This document shows, one piece after another, positions 42,095 to 55,560 of a DNA stretch of 64,000 nt. The notes beneath the pieces are model-generated. The model did no database searches, was not told the DNA's origin, and saw only the letters and a list, made by a program, of their open reading frames with translations. Every line of letters begins with the position of its first letter. Position 1 is the stretch's first letter. A program made the translations under genes and the position numbers. The stretch comes from Eledone cirrhosa. Lineage: Eukaryota. The DNA is taken from positions 332,568,001 through 332,632,000 of the forward strand of contig OZ024741.1 of assembly GCA_964016885.1 (NCBI GenBank), given 5' to 3'.

Positions 42095-45000
42095 GTTTAA
42101 CGTCCATGTTCCACGCTTGCATGGGTTTGGACGGGAGTTTTCCCACTTGAGGCAAGAGTGGTTGTCTTTCTCGCATAGGACTGTCTGGCTGGTTTTCTAC
42201 AGCTGGATGCCCTTCCTAACACCAACCACATTTACAGTGTGGAACTGGGAGGTTTTTACCGTGTTGCCTACACGGCCACATTACAGCGTGGACTGTGTGT
42301 TTTTTTTGTCGTGACACCTACACGATCTCATTTGTTTCGGCCTGGATGTTGTGGCACCAACATAACTTTACATTGAAAGGGGTGGTGTGGATGGGGTGGG
42401 GGTGGTGGGACGGGGGTGTATTTTGTTAGAGATGCCTACTGACTGGGGTAGGTTTTACTTTGTATTTAGGTAAGGCGGGTCTTCTCTATTACTGAGTGCT
42501 GCCAAAGATCTCAGTCCAGTGACATTGTCTTGGAGAGGTGTAAGTGTGTGAGGTCGGAATTTATCAGGTCGTCCCAGGTTTTTCTGGGTCTGCCTATTCC
42601 GTGGCAACCATCTATCTTTATTGCCCTGCACTTTTTCATACAGCTGTCGTCTTTCATGCGCATCACGTGACCATACCAACATAGCCTTCTCTCGAGTAAA
42701 CAACATCTGATCCCTCTTATTTCTAATTTTTCCCTTAGTTCGTTTATGCTTTGCCGTTCGCGTATATTACTATTACACATCCATCGGAGCATGCAAGCTT
42801 CGTTCCTCTCTAGTCTGCGTATATCCTCTGCACACAATGCCCAGTTCTCACTGCCATGCAACATTGCTGTTCGTATGCAGGCATCATACAGCCTGCCTTT
42901 CATTTTTAGGGAGAACCCTTTAGCTCTCTGAACTTTTTCCATCCCGTTCTGACTCTAGCTACTGTACTTTCAGAGCACCCTCCCCCACTGCTGATTTTGT
43001 CACCCAGGTAACGGAAGCTGTCCACTATTTCTATAGAACCCTCTGCGCAATTGAAAGAGCTAGTATTTTGTGGGCACTTGCTGCTACTTATTGCACCAGA
43101 GCACCGGCCACATGTAAAATCTATGTTCTTAGTTAGCTTACCTATGATCCCACTACATCTTTTATGCACCCATACTTTGCATTTAGGACATAAAATGGAG
43201 TTTCTACCTACGCCTTTCCTACACACTGAGCATGGCCATTTCCCGGAAGGGACCGGTGCCTTATTTTCTTTTCTACAAACTAGAACTTTAGTCTTAGCCA
43301 GGTTAATTTTAAGGCCTTTTGATTCTAGGCCGTGCTTCCATGTTTGGAATTTCTTCTCTAGCTCAGCCATTGATTCAGCTATGAGCGTTAGATCATCTGC
43401 GTATAGGAGTTCCCATGGGCAGCCTGTCTTGAACTCCACTGTTATAGCCTGAAGGGCAATAATAAATAGTAGGGGGCTAAGAACAGAGCCCTGATGAACA
43501 CAAACTTTTACGCTAAACTCTTCACTATATTCGTTGTTAATTCTAACCTTGCTGACTGTTTCTTTATACATGGCTTGTATAGCTCTCACAAGCCATTCAT
43601 CAACACCTAGTTTTCTAAGAGCCCACCAGATAATGGAACGGGGGACTCTGTCGAAGGCTTTCTCCAAGTCGACGAAAGCTAAGTATAGGGGTTTACTTTT
43701 AGCTAGGTACTTCTCCTGTAGTTGTCGTACAATGAAAAGAGCGTCTGTGGTACTTTTGCCTGACACAAACCCAAACTGCATTTCATCTAGATCGATTCTC
43801 TCTCTGATTAGTTGCGCTATTACTTTTTCCGTGACCTTCATGACCTGGTCAATTAATTTAATGCCTCTATAGTTACTCCTATCTAGGGCATCTCCTTTAC
43901 CCTTGTAGCAGTTAATGATGATGCTGCTACGCCAGTCCTTCAGAACAACCCCATTCTGTATGACTTGGTTTACTATCCGGGTGACCATGGTGTGTCCCAC
44001 CGTTCCAGAGGCTTTCAGCATCTCAGCAACTATTTCCGAAGGCCCAGCCGCCTTACCCGTCTTCATATCTTTGATTGCCTTACTTATTATACTACCTTCG
44101 ACTAACACTGCTGGTCCCTCTATTGGGTCGATGTGGGGTAGACTGTCTTTCTCCCATTTATTCTCCTCATTTAGTAGCCTTTCGTAGTGACACTTCCAAG
44201 CTACCTTCTTATCAGCATCAGTGATGGCAAGTACGCCATCATCATTAAGTACACACTTCTCCCCGACAATATCACGGTTTTCCTTGACACATTGCCTAGC
44301 AATCCTGAACACCTCACGTTTTTGGTCCTCGCGTTGTAGAACATGCTTGAACTTTCTTTCCTCTGCTTCCCTTCTTGCGAAGTACACTTGTCTCCTAGCT
44401 TCCCTCCTGGCCACTTGATAGTCTTCTCTACTTCCCCCATCCCGCCATACTTTCCAAGCCTGCTTTTTGGCCTTAATTGACTCCTCCACCTTACTGTACC
44501 ACCACCATGTTACTCTCCTCCTGCCTACAGGCCTGCTCCAGTCACAGACTTCGTCTGCCGCCATCAGCAGGTTTGCTTTCAGGAATTCCCACTGTTCCTC
44601 TATATTGTACGACTCTAATTGCTCTTCCTTACTGTCGAAAGCATCAAGTAATATGCTTTTAAATTTATTTCTGGCTGTGGGTTTTTTTAGCTTCCATATT
44701 TTTCTCCTGAGGATAGTCCTCTTCTGCTGTCGAGTACGTCTCGTCCTGACTATGAGGTCGCTAATTATCAGTCTATGTTGGGAGGTGCATTCTTCATGGG
44801 GGAGAGATTTAGTGTTTACAACAGACACTCTGTCACGTCTTCTGGTAAGGATATAATCTACCTGGCTGGTATGTTCCCCTGATCTGTAAGTGATCAAGTG
44901 ATTGTCTCGTTTTTTGAAGTTAGTGTTACAGATAGTTAGGTTATTTGGATCACAGAATTCCAGGATTCTGGAGCCTTCCTCATTTCTAGTACCAAACCCA

Positions 45001-46540
45001 TAGCCTCCGTGGATTCCGACATAGCCGTCACAATGTTGACCAACGTGGCCATTTAGGTCGCCAGCAATAATTATATAGTCACTGTCGGTTATTTGGGAGG
45101 TAGTGAGCATCAGTGTCTCATAGAATCTGTCTTTTATAGCACCAGGCAGTCCGGATTGGGGTGCGTATGCAGATATTACTGTCACAGTAGTTCTATTTAA
45201 GAACAAGTCTTATTTTAATTATTCTGTCATTTACTCTATTTACATCTATTATCTTATCCACCCATTTTTCTGCTAACATGATTCCTACCCCACCTATCCC
45301 ATTGTCATTTCCCACCCAGAAAAGCTTATAGCAACGTTTTTTACCCACAATGAATCTAGCAGACCCGCCCCTCCACCTGGTCTCTTGGATACAGCAAACA
45401 TCAACCTCCTTACGTTCAAGCATTTCTACAACCTCGTTAGAGAGGCCTTTTAAGGTGCCTACATTTATGGTACCAACTCTGAAGTTTTGGATTGTGTTTG
45501 GAGGATGGGGCGCAGGGATGGGTGAGGGGGATGGGGTTGGGGTTATGTTGGCCATCCGCGGCCGAAACAAAGAGGAGGGGGCCTTGCCCTTTCGTCTGGC
45601 AGCATGAGGTGAATTTGTCGTTATCTTTGGCATTGTCATCGAGTGTCCAGATTCTTCAGACTCTCCAGAAATTCCTTAGTCCATCCATCATATCGAAAAG
45701 CAGCCAGAAGTGATAGCATAGGCCGTTGACTTGTGATTGGTCCAAATAATAAGGTGGAGAGTGGGGGCGGGAAGGAGGAGTATGGGGTAGTTAGAGAAGA
45801 TTATTTAGAACAAATGGGGTAGTTAGCGAGAGGTTTTAAATGAAATCTTCGAATTTTGGGGGGGCATAATTGGGGAAGCATATAACAGTAATAATAAGCG
45901 AATAATGGGGTTTTAAAATACAAGAAGATTATTTAGAAACAACCAGACAGAATTATAGAATAGCATTGAGAGAGAGCAAAGATTGGATTTTGGGCGATAA
46001 TATGGATATATGAATGAATGGACCGATAGCAAAGAGAAGATTATTTAGAACAATATGAATGAATGGACCAATAGGCTGGAGAGAGATAAGAAAGAAAAAT
46101 GGCATTTACATTATACTTCGCAGCGACGAGGTCTGACCATTTTTAAGCGTTGACAAATTCTGAGATTCGTACCTCGCAACAGGTTTATTTATATTTGGAG
46201 AGAGAAGGGAGTGATTGAAAGGGTGACCTAGCCAGCGCGTAACACGCTATAGTGGGGACGGGGAGTAAAGGATAAGAGGGACAATGAGGCCATTTTATAA
46301 ATCCTAGCATTTTTCGGCCAAAATTAAACAAACAAGATTGTTATTTTAGAAAAGCAAAGAGAAGATTATTTAGAACAAATGGGGTAGTTAGCGAGAGGTT
46401 TTAAATGAAATCTTCGAATTTTGTGGGGCATAATTGGGGAAGCATATAACAGTAATAATAAGCAAATCATGGGGTTTTAAAATACAAGAAGATTATTTAG
46501 AAACAACCAGACAGAATTATAGAATAGCATTGAGAGATGA
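42061..46540 (-). mobile_element. Near full-length RTE-clade LINE (APE endonuclease + RT + PHD-like finger), inactivated
   Basis: APE (GTINVGTL, CIQETRW, AGDLNGHVG, VDYIL, TSQHRL) and RT (DLEKAFD, HQGSVLSP, YADD). Frameshift at ~45200; a 19-bp deletion at ~42923 relative to the 30280 copy; CGA>TGA at 42511; (GAT)n tail. Confidence 0.95.
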
Positions 46541-48159
46541 TACAAAGCATTGAGAGATGATACAAAGCTGTTTGTTTTAAAGTGTTTATATTTACCTAAA
46601 AACCTTCCATCATAATGTTATATAAGAACTTTTGTTAAGTTATACTCTAAATCCCAGCTTAATAATGAGAAAGCTAGGTATATTACTAAATCCCTCCAAA
46701 TTCTTTAATATTTTCAAATTGATTTAAAAGCCTATGCAGTGTGTTTCATTAGAAATATGTTAATGAAAGGGTTATGTTGTGTGTATGAGTGGAAATTGGA
46801 TGTGTTTGGGAATAATAATAATGGTTTCTGATTTAGGCACAAGGCCAACAAATTTGGGGGAGGGGAAAGTCAATTAAACCGACTCCAGTATATTACTGGT
46901 ACTTTATTTCATCAACCCTCGAAAGATGAAAGGCAAAACTAACCTCAGCGGGATTGTAAAGGGCAGTAACTATATGCCATAAAGCATGTTGTCCAATGCT
47001 CAACCAATACTATCAATACACAAATAATGATAATAGTAGTAGTAGTAGTAGTAGTAGTAATGAGGTAGTGTTGATAATGACAACTACATTGTACTGATTA
47101 TAATCATAGTGGTAATATTGATGAAATTATATGAGGTTTGAAGTGGATTTGATGCTGATAAGTTTACTAAAAATATTAATAAAGATGATGAGGCTGGTGG
47201 TAATATTGGTGGTGTTGGTGATGATGAGGATGGTGTTGGTGATAATGGTGATGTGATAATAATGATAGTGTTGGTGATGATGATTGTGTTGTTAATCATG
47301 GTGTCATGATGATGATGATGATGGAGTTGGTAAGGTTGGTGGTGTTGTTAACGATGCTGGTCATGAAGATGATGATGATAATGACTACAATTTCAACAGT
47401 AATAATAATAGTAATAATGAGGAGGAGGATGATGTTGATGTTAATGAGAATGGTTATCACTATGGCAGATATAAATTAATTGCTATCTAGAAGAACTATT
47501 CTATATAATTAATTTTTAATTTGTAAAGTTTCCTAATTACTTAATTTTCGTTAGCCTTTCCCCTTTCACTTGACATGTCCTGACATAAAACAGGGAAGAT
47601 TACCAGAGAAGTTGGGTGGGCTAGTGGATGTCGAGGGGCATGGGGCAGCTGTATAATATCAGCTCTTATTTAGGTGTATAGGAAATTGAATAATGGTTGT
47701 TTAGCCCTAGGTTAGACTTGATCTTAGTGAAGATGCATGGCTCACTGATTAGGAGAGGTTGGATTCACAATTGTGAAGTTGTGAGTTCGATTCTCCAGGC
47801 TGGGTGTTGCATTATGTTCTTGAGCAAGACACTTTATTTCACATTGCTCCTTCTGCCAGGAGTTGTGACCTGTTGATAATATCAGCAATAGAAAGGAAGC
47901 ATTGTTTCCTTTGTCCTCGGTAAGCAAATGAGGTCTGGGATCTTGTCAATCCATTCATTTTTCTTATATCTTATAGTGAAGGCTTGTGGCTTAGTGGTTA
48001 GAGAGTTTGGATTCACAATTGTGAGTTCAATTCCCCAGACTGGGCAATATGTTGCATCGTTCAGCAAAATATTTTATTACACGTTGCTCCTTCTGCCAGG
48101 AGTTGCAATTAGTAGATAGTGTTAACAATTGGAAAAAGACCAATGGAAAGGAAACATTG

Positions 48160-48645
48160 ATAAATTCCGACCTCACACACTTACACCTCTCCAAGACAAT
48201 GTCACTGGACCGAGATCTTTGGCGCTACACAGTAATACAGAAGACCCGCCTTACCTAAGTACAAAGTGAAACCTACTACAGTCAGTAGGCACCTCTAACA
48301 AAATACACCCCCGTCCCACTACACCAACCCCATCCACACCACCCCTTTCAATGTAAAGTTATGTTGGTACCACAACATCCAGCCCGAAACAAATGAGGTC
48401 GTGTAGGTGTCACGACAAAAAAACCACACAGTCCACGCTGTAATGTGGCCGTGTAGGTAACACGGTAAAAACCTCCCAGTTCCACACTGTATATGTGGTT
48501 GGTGTTAGGAAGGGCATTCAGCTGTAGAAAACCAGCCAGACAGTCCTATGCGAGAAAGACAACCACTCTTGCCTCAAGTGGGAAAACTCCCGTCCAAACC
48601 CATGCAAGCGTGGAATATGGACGTTAAACGATGATGATGATGATG
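48160..48645 (+). mobile_element. 5'-truncated RTE LINE copy
   Basis: Reverse complement of 42080-42565. Confidence 0.9.
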
Positions 48646-50656
48646 TTTACTTGGTCTAATCTAACAAGTTTCACCCCACTTGGTAAGTAAATGGGGTCTG
48701 GCATCTTGTTGATTCAGATCAATAGTAGTCTTGATCCAGTACAACAAGGATGAAAGACATTCCAGGTGTGACCATCCTGTAAATTGTGACATATCTAGTA
48801 TCTAGAAAAACATTATTCAATGTGTTTTTTCACATTTTGTTTTGCAATAGTAGACTTTGAAACTGGAGAGTTAGCTGCTATTTCTAACGAGTTGTGCAAC
48901 CACATAGATCTTTTCTAGTATGTGTTTTTCGATGAGAATATGGTCCATCTTCAGACTCTAGGCCTATTATCAGCTCCATGTAAATTGGTAATAGGCCCAG
49001 AGCAGATATGTAATGTAAACACCCAAATCTGGTAAAAAATTCAAGCCAGATGTGAAATGTATATTAATACATGAAGAATTTTGAGGGATTTACTAAAATT
49101 ATTAATTATTTCATTACTACAATAGTAGCTTCACATGTGGTTGTTAGGTATTTATTTACATAGGAACCCTTTAATTTTGGTGGTTTTGTTTCATAGAACC
49201 AGAACCAGAACCAGTTTTGGGGGCTGTATCAGAAGAGCTCAGTCTCATTGAGGTCAACTTTGCTTTTCACCCCTTCGGGTGTTAGTAAAAAAAATAAGTA
49301 CCAGTCTAGGGTGGAAGATTTGCACAACTATTAGAGTACCAGGCATTGTGCCTTGCAGTATTCATTCTGGGATCTTTTTGTTTTGAGTTCAAATCCTGCA
49401 GTGGCCAACATGGGTAGCATATTTAATCCATCATTTGGACTTACAATCATAATTCTGTGGGTTCGATTCCTGGATTGGGTTGTGTATTGTGTCCTTCAGC
49501 AAAACACTTCATTTAACATTGCTCCAGTATACTCAGCTGAAAATGAATACTATCTATAGCTGGGAGTTTAAACCTGTGATAGACTGGCATCCTGTTCAGG
49601 GTGTGATGTTCAGGTTGCTTAATGCTATAGAATCCAGGATTAGCATTGGCCTTGGCCTTTAGCAGAGCCCACAATTTTGCAAGCATTTGGGCCATGATTG
49701 TGGTTTGAAGACAACTTAATGTTATTAGTATCAGAGGCCCTGAAAAGGGTTGTGAGCACTGTGCTTCCTTCTCTGACTAAAAGAAAGACAAGAAAAAAAG
49801 AATTAATCTAAAGGAGTAATAATGGTTGTGGTGGTGGTAACAATGATGATGATGATGAAAAGGATGTAAAACATAATAGAAATGAGGATAATGGTATGGA
49901 TGAGGATGATGAGGAATGTACAGGTGATGATGTGATGAGAATAGGGATGGTAGTGATGGTGCTGGTGAGAAAGAAAGTGGTTGTGTTGATGATGCTGATG
50001 ATAGTGGTGATGATGATTATCATCGTAATCAACATCATGAGGAGCAAGTAGCATGAACAGAATTATAAGGATAAAATTGATGATATATTTTGATGATGAT
50101 GTTATGTTTTAAAATTATTAAATCATTTTTTAATTTTATTTTTAGAAGTTTTGTGGTGGGGAGGGGTCTTTCTTTTCTTCATGAAGACAGCGATGTTAAC
50201 GATGATGAATTGTTTTTATCCCTTTTTATCAAAAGTGTAATATTTCCTTGGAAATCTATTGATTCTTGATATTTTTTAGTGATGATATCATAGTGTATGA
50301 AAAGATACAATTTGTATTGGTACTATTCACCCATTTAATCATCAATTGACCCTTTGGGAAGGGATCTTTGTTCTCCACCAAACTTTCTTCTTGTCTAACA
50401 GGGAAAGAGAGCATATTATATGTATGTATAAATATATATCATCATCATCATCATTGTTTAACGTCCATTTTCCACACTAGCATGGGTTAGAAGGGTTTGT
50501 CCCACTTGAGGCAAGTTGGGTCAGGTGACCGTGTCTTGCTTGTATAGTACTGTTTCTGGCTGTTTTTTTCTGGCTGGATGATCTTCCTAGCGAAACCACA
50601 TCTACAGTGTGTGCTGTGTGCTTTTTAACGTGTCTCCTACACATACACACACACAT

Positions 50657-50687
<31 letters not shown>

Positions 50688-50865
50688 CATATATATATAC
50701 ATATACATATACATATATATGTATATGTATATATATGTATATATATATATGCATGCTACTGTACGTCTGTATACATATATGTATGTACGTATACATACAT
50801 ACTTACATTTAAGTAAGTGCCGTACTAAGAGTGAGAAATGAAATTTCGTTTTCATTTTATTACAA

Positions 50866-50929
<64 letters not shown>

Positions 50930-50965
50930 TTGTAATAAAATGAAAACGAAATTTCATTTCTCACT

Positions 50966-51005
<40 letters not shown>

Positions 51006-51304
51006 TTGTAATAAAATGAAAACGAAATTTCATTTCTCACTCTTAGTACGGCACTTACTTAAATGTAAGTATGTATGTATACGTACATACATATATGTAT
51101 ACAGACGTACAGTAGCATGCATATATATATATACATATATATACATATACATACAGGTACACATACATATATGTACGTATCAGTTTAGCGGACGTTTATT
51201 ATAACGCCCGCTTTGTCCGTTTGTAAACAAACTGACAGCCTGAATTTATGCCGTACAGTGTTAAGGCAACCACATCACCTTTTTGTTCAACACTGACACA
51301 GGAA

Positions 51305-51345
51305 CGATGTACTAGTTTCAAGCTTCTTAGCTATCATCAGCACCG
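51305..51345 (-). ncRNA. Minimal hammerhead ribozyme, family F
   Basis: Minus strand CGGTG-CTGATGA-TAGCT(AAGA)AGCTT-GAAA-CTAG-TA|CATCG. Palindromic ACTAGT stem III; GUA triplet. Confidence 0.75.
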
Positions 51346-51491
51346 TATACCCTTCTGCCAGCTGGTTGAACGTTCGAAAGTATATACTTTCCTTATGAAA
51401 ATTAACGGCTGAGCAGCCTAATTTGCATATCGAGTGAGTTCAGTCGGCCAGGCGCACCGAAAACGATAAGTTGTAATAAAATGAAAACGAT

Positions 51492-51572
51492 GCTGTCTGA
51501 TGAGATCATGTGACTGGTTGTATGATTGAACAATCCCGTAGCCATGATTCTCATTGAAATATGTATCACAGC
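51492..51572 (+). ncRNA. Type I hammerhead ribozyme, family G
   Basis: GCTGT-CTGATGA-GATCATG...CATGATT...-GAAA-TATGTA-TC|ACAGC. Perfect 5-bp stem I; AUC triplet. Confidence 0.72.
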
Positions 51573-52349
51573 TTTGTTAATAAAGAACTCTTTAACATCT
51601 ACACCAAACTTTACATTTTCCTTATTCTACATATATTCTGTCACTGACTGACAAATCATATTTGGAATACTTGGAAGAAAGAACATGACGTTGAGTGCTT
51701 GGTCACTAATTTGAGGCCTCTTGTATTCTGTATTCAAATTTGGGACCTTGAAACTCTGAGTAGTGCTTTTGTTCCATGTATGAACATAAACAAATAATCA
51801 TCATCATCGTTTAACGTCCATCTTCCATGCTAGCTTGGGTCTGGACGGGAATTGTCCCACTTGAGGCAAGATTGGTTGTCTTGCTCAGGACTGTCTGGCA
51901 GGTTTTCTATGGCTGGATGCCCTTCCTAACACCAACCATGTTTACAGTGTGGACTGGGAGGTTTTTACTGTGTTACCTACACGGCCACATTACAGCGTGG
52001 ACTGTGTGTTTTTTTGTTCTGACACCTACACGACCTAATTTATTTAGGACTGCATATATATATATATACATACACAAACATAGAAAAGTGGGAGTAAGGG
52101 AGAGCCAATCCTTTTATTTCACTTTTTTAGTTGACTGTGTATAAGGGATAAGCAGTATATTGAAGGAATGTACTGTTATAGAAATTCCTCCTCCATTCCA
52201 CAAGTCTTTTGTCTGTTGATAATATGTTGCTAATAACACTTTTTACTTTACAATAAAACTCTTCACTCTATATAAAATATTTGCCCTTTGTGTCATTCTT
52301 CTCAAAAGTCAGCCATTCATATTCTTTATTATATATGTATGTATATGTG

Positions 52350-52399
<50 letters not shown>

Positions 52400-52474
52400 C
52401 TTACTTACTGTGGTTATCCTCGATGGAACTCTGTATACACACACACACAAACACATATATATATATTTATATAT

Positions 52475-52596
52475 ATAATAATAATAATGAAATTATTGTG
52501 TACAGTGCTCAGGTGCACTACAACTCATCAAAGGTGCATGTATAGTACATAGAATAATGTACAAATGTCAGGAAAATGAACAGTGTATGAGTCATG

Positions 52597-52641
<45 letters not shown>

Positions 52642-53840
52642 AATATTGTGTACAGTGCCCAGGTGCACCACAACTCATCAAAAAAGTGCATGTACAGTAC
52701 ATAGGGCAATGCAGTAACATCAGTAAAATGAACAGTGCATGAGTCATGATACACACATGTGTGCATGTGTATGGATGGGGTACATCAGGTGTAGTTTTGG
52801 CGTATTTCGGGAAACATGAGTGTCTTAAAGGATGCAGTGTCTTGGCAGCTAACAACTGACGCAGGCAGTTTGTTCCATGCTTCAGCAACTCTGAGCGTGA
52901 AAAAATGTCTACAAAAGTCATGGGAGCTGTGCTGTTTTCTGATTTTGTAGGCATGTCCACGTGTGTTAGACACATGGAGATCAAAAAGGTGCTCAGGGTT
53001 GCAATTGGCGAGATGGTTAATAACTTTGTGGGTATTCACCAAGTCCATTGCCAGACGTCGGAGCTTCAATGAATCCATGCCCAGGGAAGCAAGGCGTTCA
53101 GAGTATGGTAGGTGTCTGATGGAGGGTATGCGCTTGGTTGCACGTCTCTGAACAATTTCCAGGAGGTCAATGTTCTGAGCAAGATAGGGGTTCCAGACTG
53201 ATGATGCGAATTCCAAGGGTGGTCGTACCATAGCTGTATACAGTTTTAAATAGATGGCTGGAGAGCGGCTAACAAAGGTCTTGCTGAGTGATGCCAAGAC
53301 ACCCTCGGCCTTCTTGACAATCTTAGAGACATGCTTTGTCCAACGCAAATCGCTGCTGACAGTAATGCCCAGGTCACGTTCACAAGAGGACTTCTTGATA
53401 TCAGTGTTGTGGAGTGAGTATGTGGACGCTGGGAATTTTCCTTCCAAAATGCATGGTGGTACACTTGTCCACAGCCGGCTTCAGTTGCCAGTCTGTGATC
53501 CATTGCTGCATTGTGTCCAGGTCTGATTGTAGGAAAGAGTTGTAAATTTCAGGATCGGTCCTTTTGATTTCAAGGTACAGCTTGATGTCATCTGCATATT
53601 TCAGTACCGTGTCATTCTGTAAGTTGGCATCTATGTCATTAATATATGCCACAAACAAAAGGGAACCAAGAACAGATCCCTGTGGTACACCAGATGACAT
53701 CTCATATGGTGAAGAATGCTGTCCTAGAACCGTGACTACTTCTTTTCGGCTGAGAATGAAGGATTTCAACCAGTCGAAAAGATCATCCCTCACACCCATT
53801 GCAGAGAGTTTTGCCATAAGTCTTTTGTGTGGCACAGAAT
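52475..53840 (-). mobile_element. CR1-clade LINE 3' fragment with duplicated 3' end
   Basis: SGVPQGSVLG...YINDI...YADD, then VQRRATK...YSERL...TRGH...FFTLRV...WNKLP. Frameshift at ~53445; two 3' UTR ends, each with a (TTA)n tail. Confidence 0.9.
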
Positions 53841-55400
53841 TATATATATAAATGAAATATTTCCGTAAGAAAGGTACATGAAAAGAAAGTGCTCTATGTA
53901 GGCTACAGAGCTTTTTAGTTATGTAATAAACAACATAAGATAATTATTTCATTTACCAGTGGTTTCTTGAAGACAGATATTTATGTCTGTCTTCAACCAC
54001 TGGTAAATGAAATAATTATCTTATGTTGTTTATTACATAACTAAAAAGCTCTGTAGCCTACATAGAGCACTCTCTTTTCCTGTACCTTTCCTACTGTTGT
54101 TTATTACATAAGATAATTATTTCATTTACCAGTGGTTGAAGACAGACATAAATATCTGTCTTCAAGAAACCACTGGTAAATGAAATAATTATCTTATATT
54201 GTTTATTACATAACTATATTGGCCTTGCAATCGAAAGGTTGTGAGTTCAATTCTCAGACCGGGTGATGTGTTGTTTCCTTGAGCAAGACACTTTATTTCA
54301 CATTGCTCCAGTTTACTCAGCTGTAGAAATGAGATGATAGGGACTGGGGTCCATATCATTCCACTGCAAAGTGCTCGTGGAGGTGCCACGGCAAAAAAGC
54401 ACCCAGCACTCACTGTAAATGAGGTTGGTGTTAGGAAGGGCATCCAGCTGTAGAAATCAAGCCAGAATCAGTTCCCGTCCCACCCTTGCAAGCAGGGAAA
54501 AAGCGGATGTAAAAAGAGAAAAAAAAAATATATATATATATAGTCCAAACCTTGCTAGCAAGGAAAGCGGGTGTTAAAGTGATAATGATGATATATATAT
54601 ATATATATATATAATGTGATTGATATTAGGAAGGGTGTCCAGCCAGAGAAACTAATCCAAAATACAGATCAGTATAAGCAAGAAATGCTCACCTGACCTG
54701 ACTCGTCTTATAATGTGACAACCCCTACTCACCCAAGTATGGATAAATGGACGTTAAACAATGATGCTGATGATGATGATGGGGATGATGTATATCAGTT
54801 GTGTCAATGACATGACAACCTCTCTAGTGCTGCTGCTGTATGTAAGCAAGATGCAAACCTCCAGCCTGTCTCGGAGGTCAGTAGCTTTGCTTCAATCCTG
54901 ACTCATTCTGTGAAGACCTGTCCAACCTTGGTAGCAGGGAAAGTAGACATTAAACGATAATGACGATGATGGTAAGGATGATGATGATGATGAAGTTATA
55001 TTGTTAAAGAATGAAATAAAAGAAAAACAAGGTGAAACAATTAATTAATGGGTTAATTAACTGTCCCCCCTCTCCACTGCCCCCCCCCCTCTCCACTACA
55101 CCTTGCTTTTCTTAGTCTTTCATTGTTTAACATTATAATGTGTCAGACTCAGTAGTTTTGAATACTCAATGACATATATGAAGATATCATCTTTCTACAG
55201 AAATGGATAGCACTGCTCTAATTGAATATTCACATCAATAGTACATCCAGTTCTAAAATGGTTATTAATTCTACCCTGACTAGGTAGAACACTTATATGT
55301 ATATATGTATGTATATGAATGGACCTGTTATTTTTATCTAAAGACATTTTTTCCAATTCCATCCCGCCCATCCCCTCAATCTATTTTATTTCTCATTCTT

Positions 55401-55436
55401 TCTTCTGATGAAGGACTAGCATCCAAAACGTTAAGA
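55401..55436 (+). ncRNA. Minimal hammerhead ribozyme, family B (G12 mutated)
   Basis: TCTT-CTGATGA-AGGACTAGCATCC-AAAA-CG-TT|AAGA, within a ~220 bp copy (55315-55530) of the element at 18610-18830. Confidence 0.6.
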
Positions 55437-55527
55437 CTCTCTTCCTGCTATATCAAGCGTTAACCTAATATATGCCTTCCATATACTGTACTGATTGTGT
55501 TGTTATTTCTGTTTACCTTTTACATAC

Positions 55528-55560
<33 letters not shown>

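Noticed and set aside
43051-45713. Plus-strand ORFs overlapping the LINE
   Set aside because: Antisense shadow ORFs of the RTE coding region.
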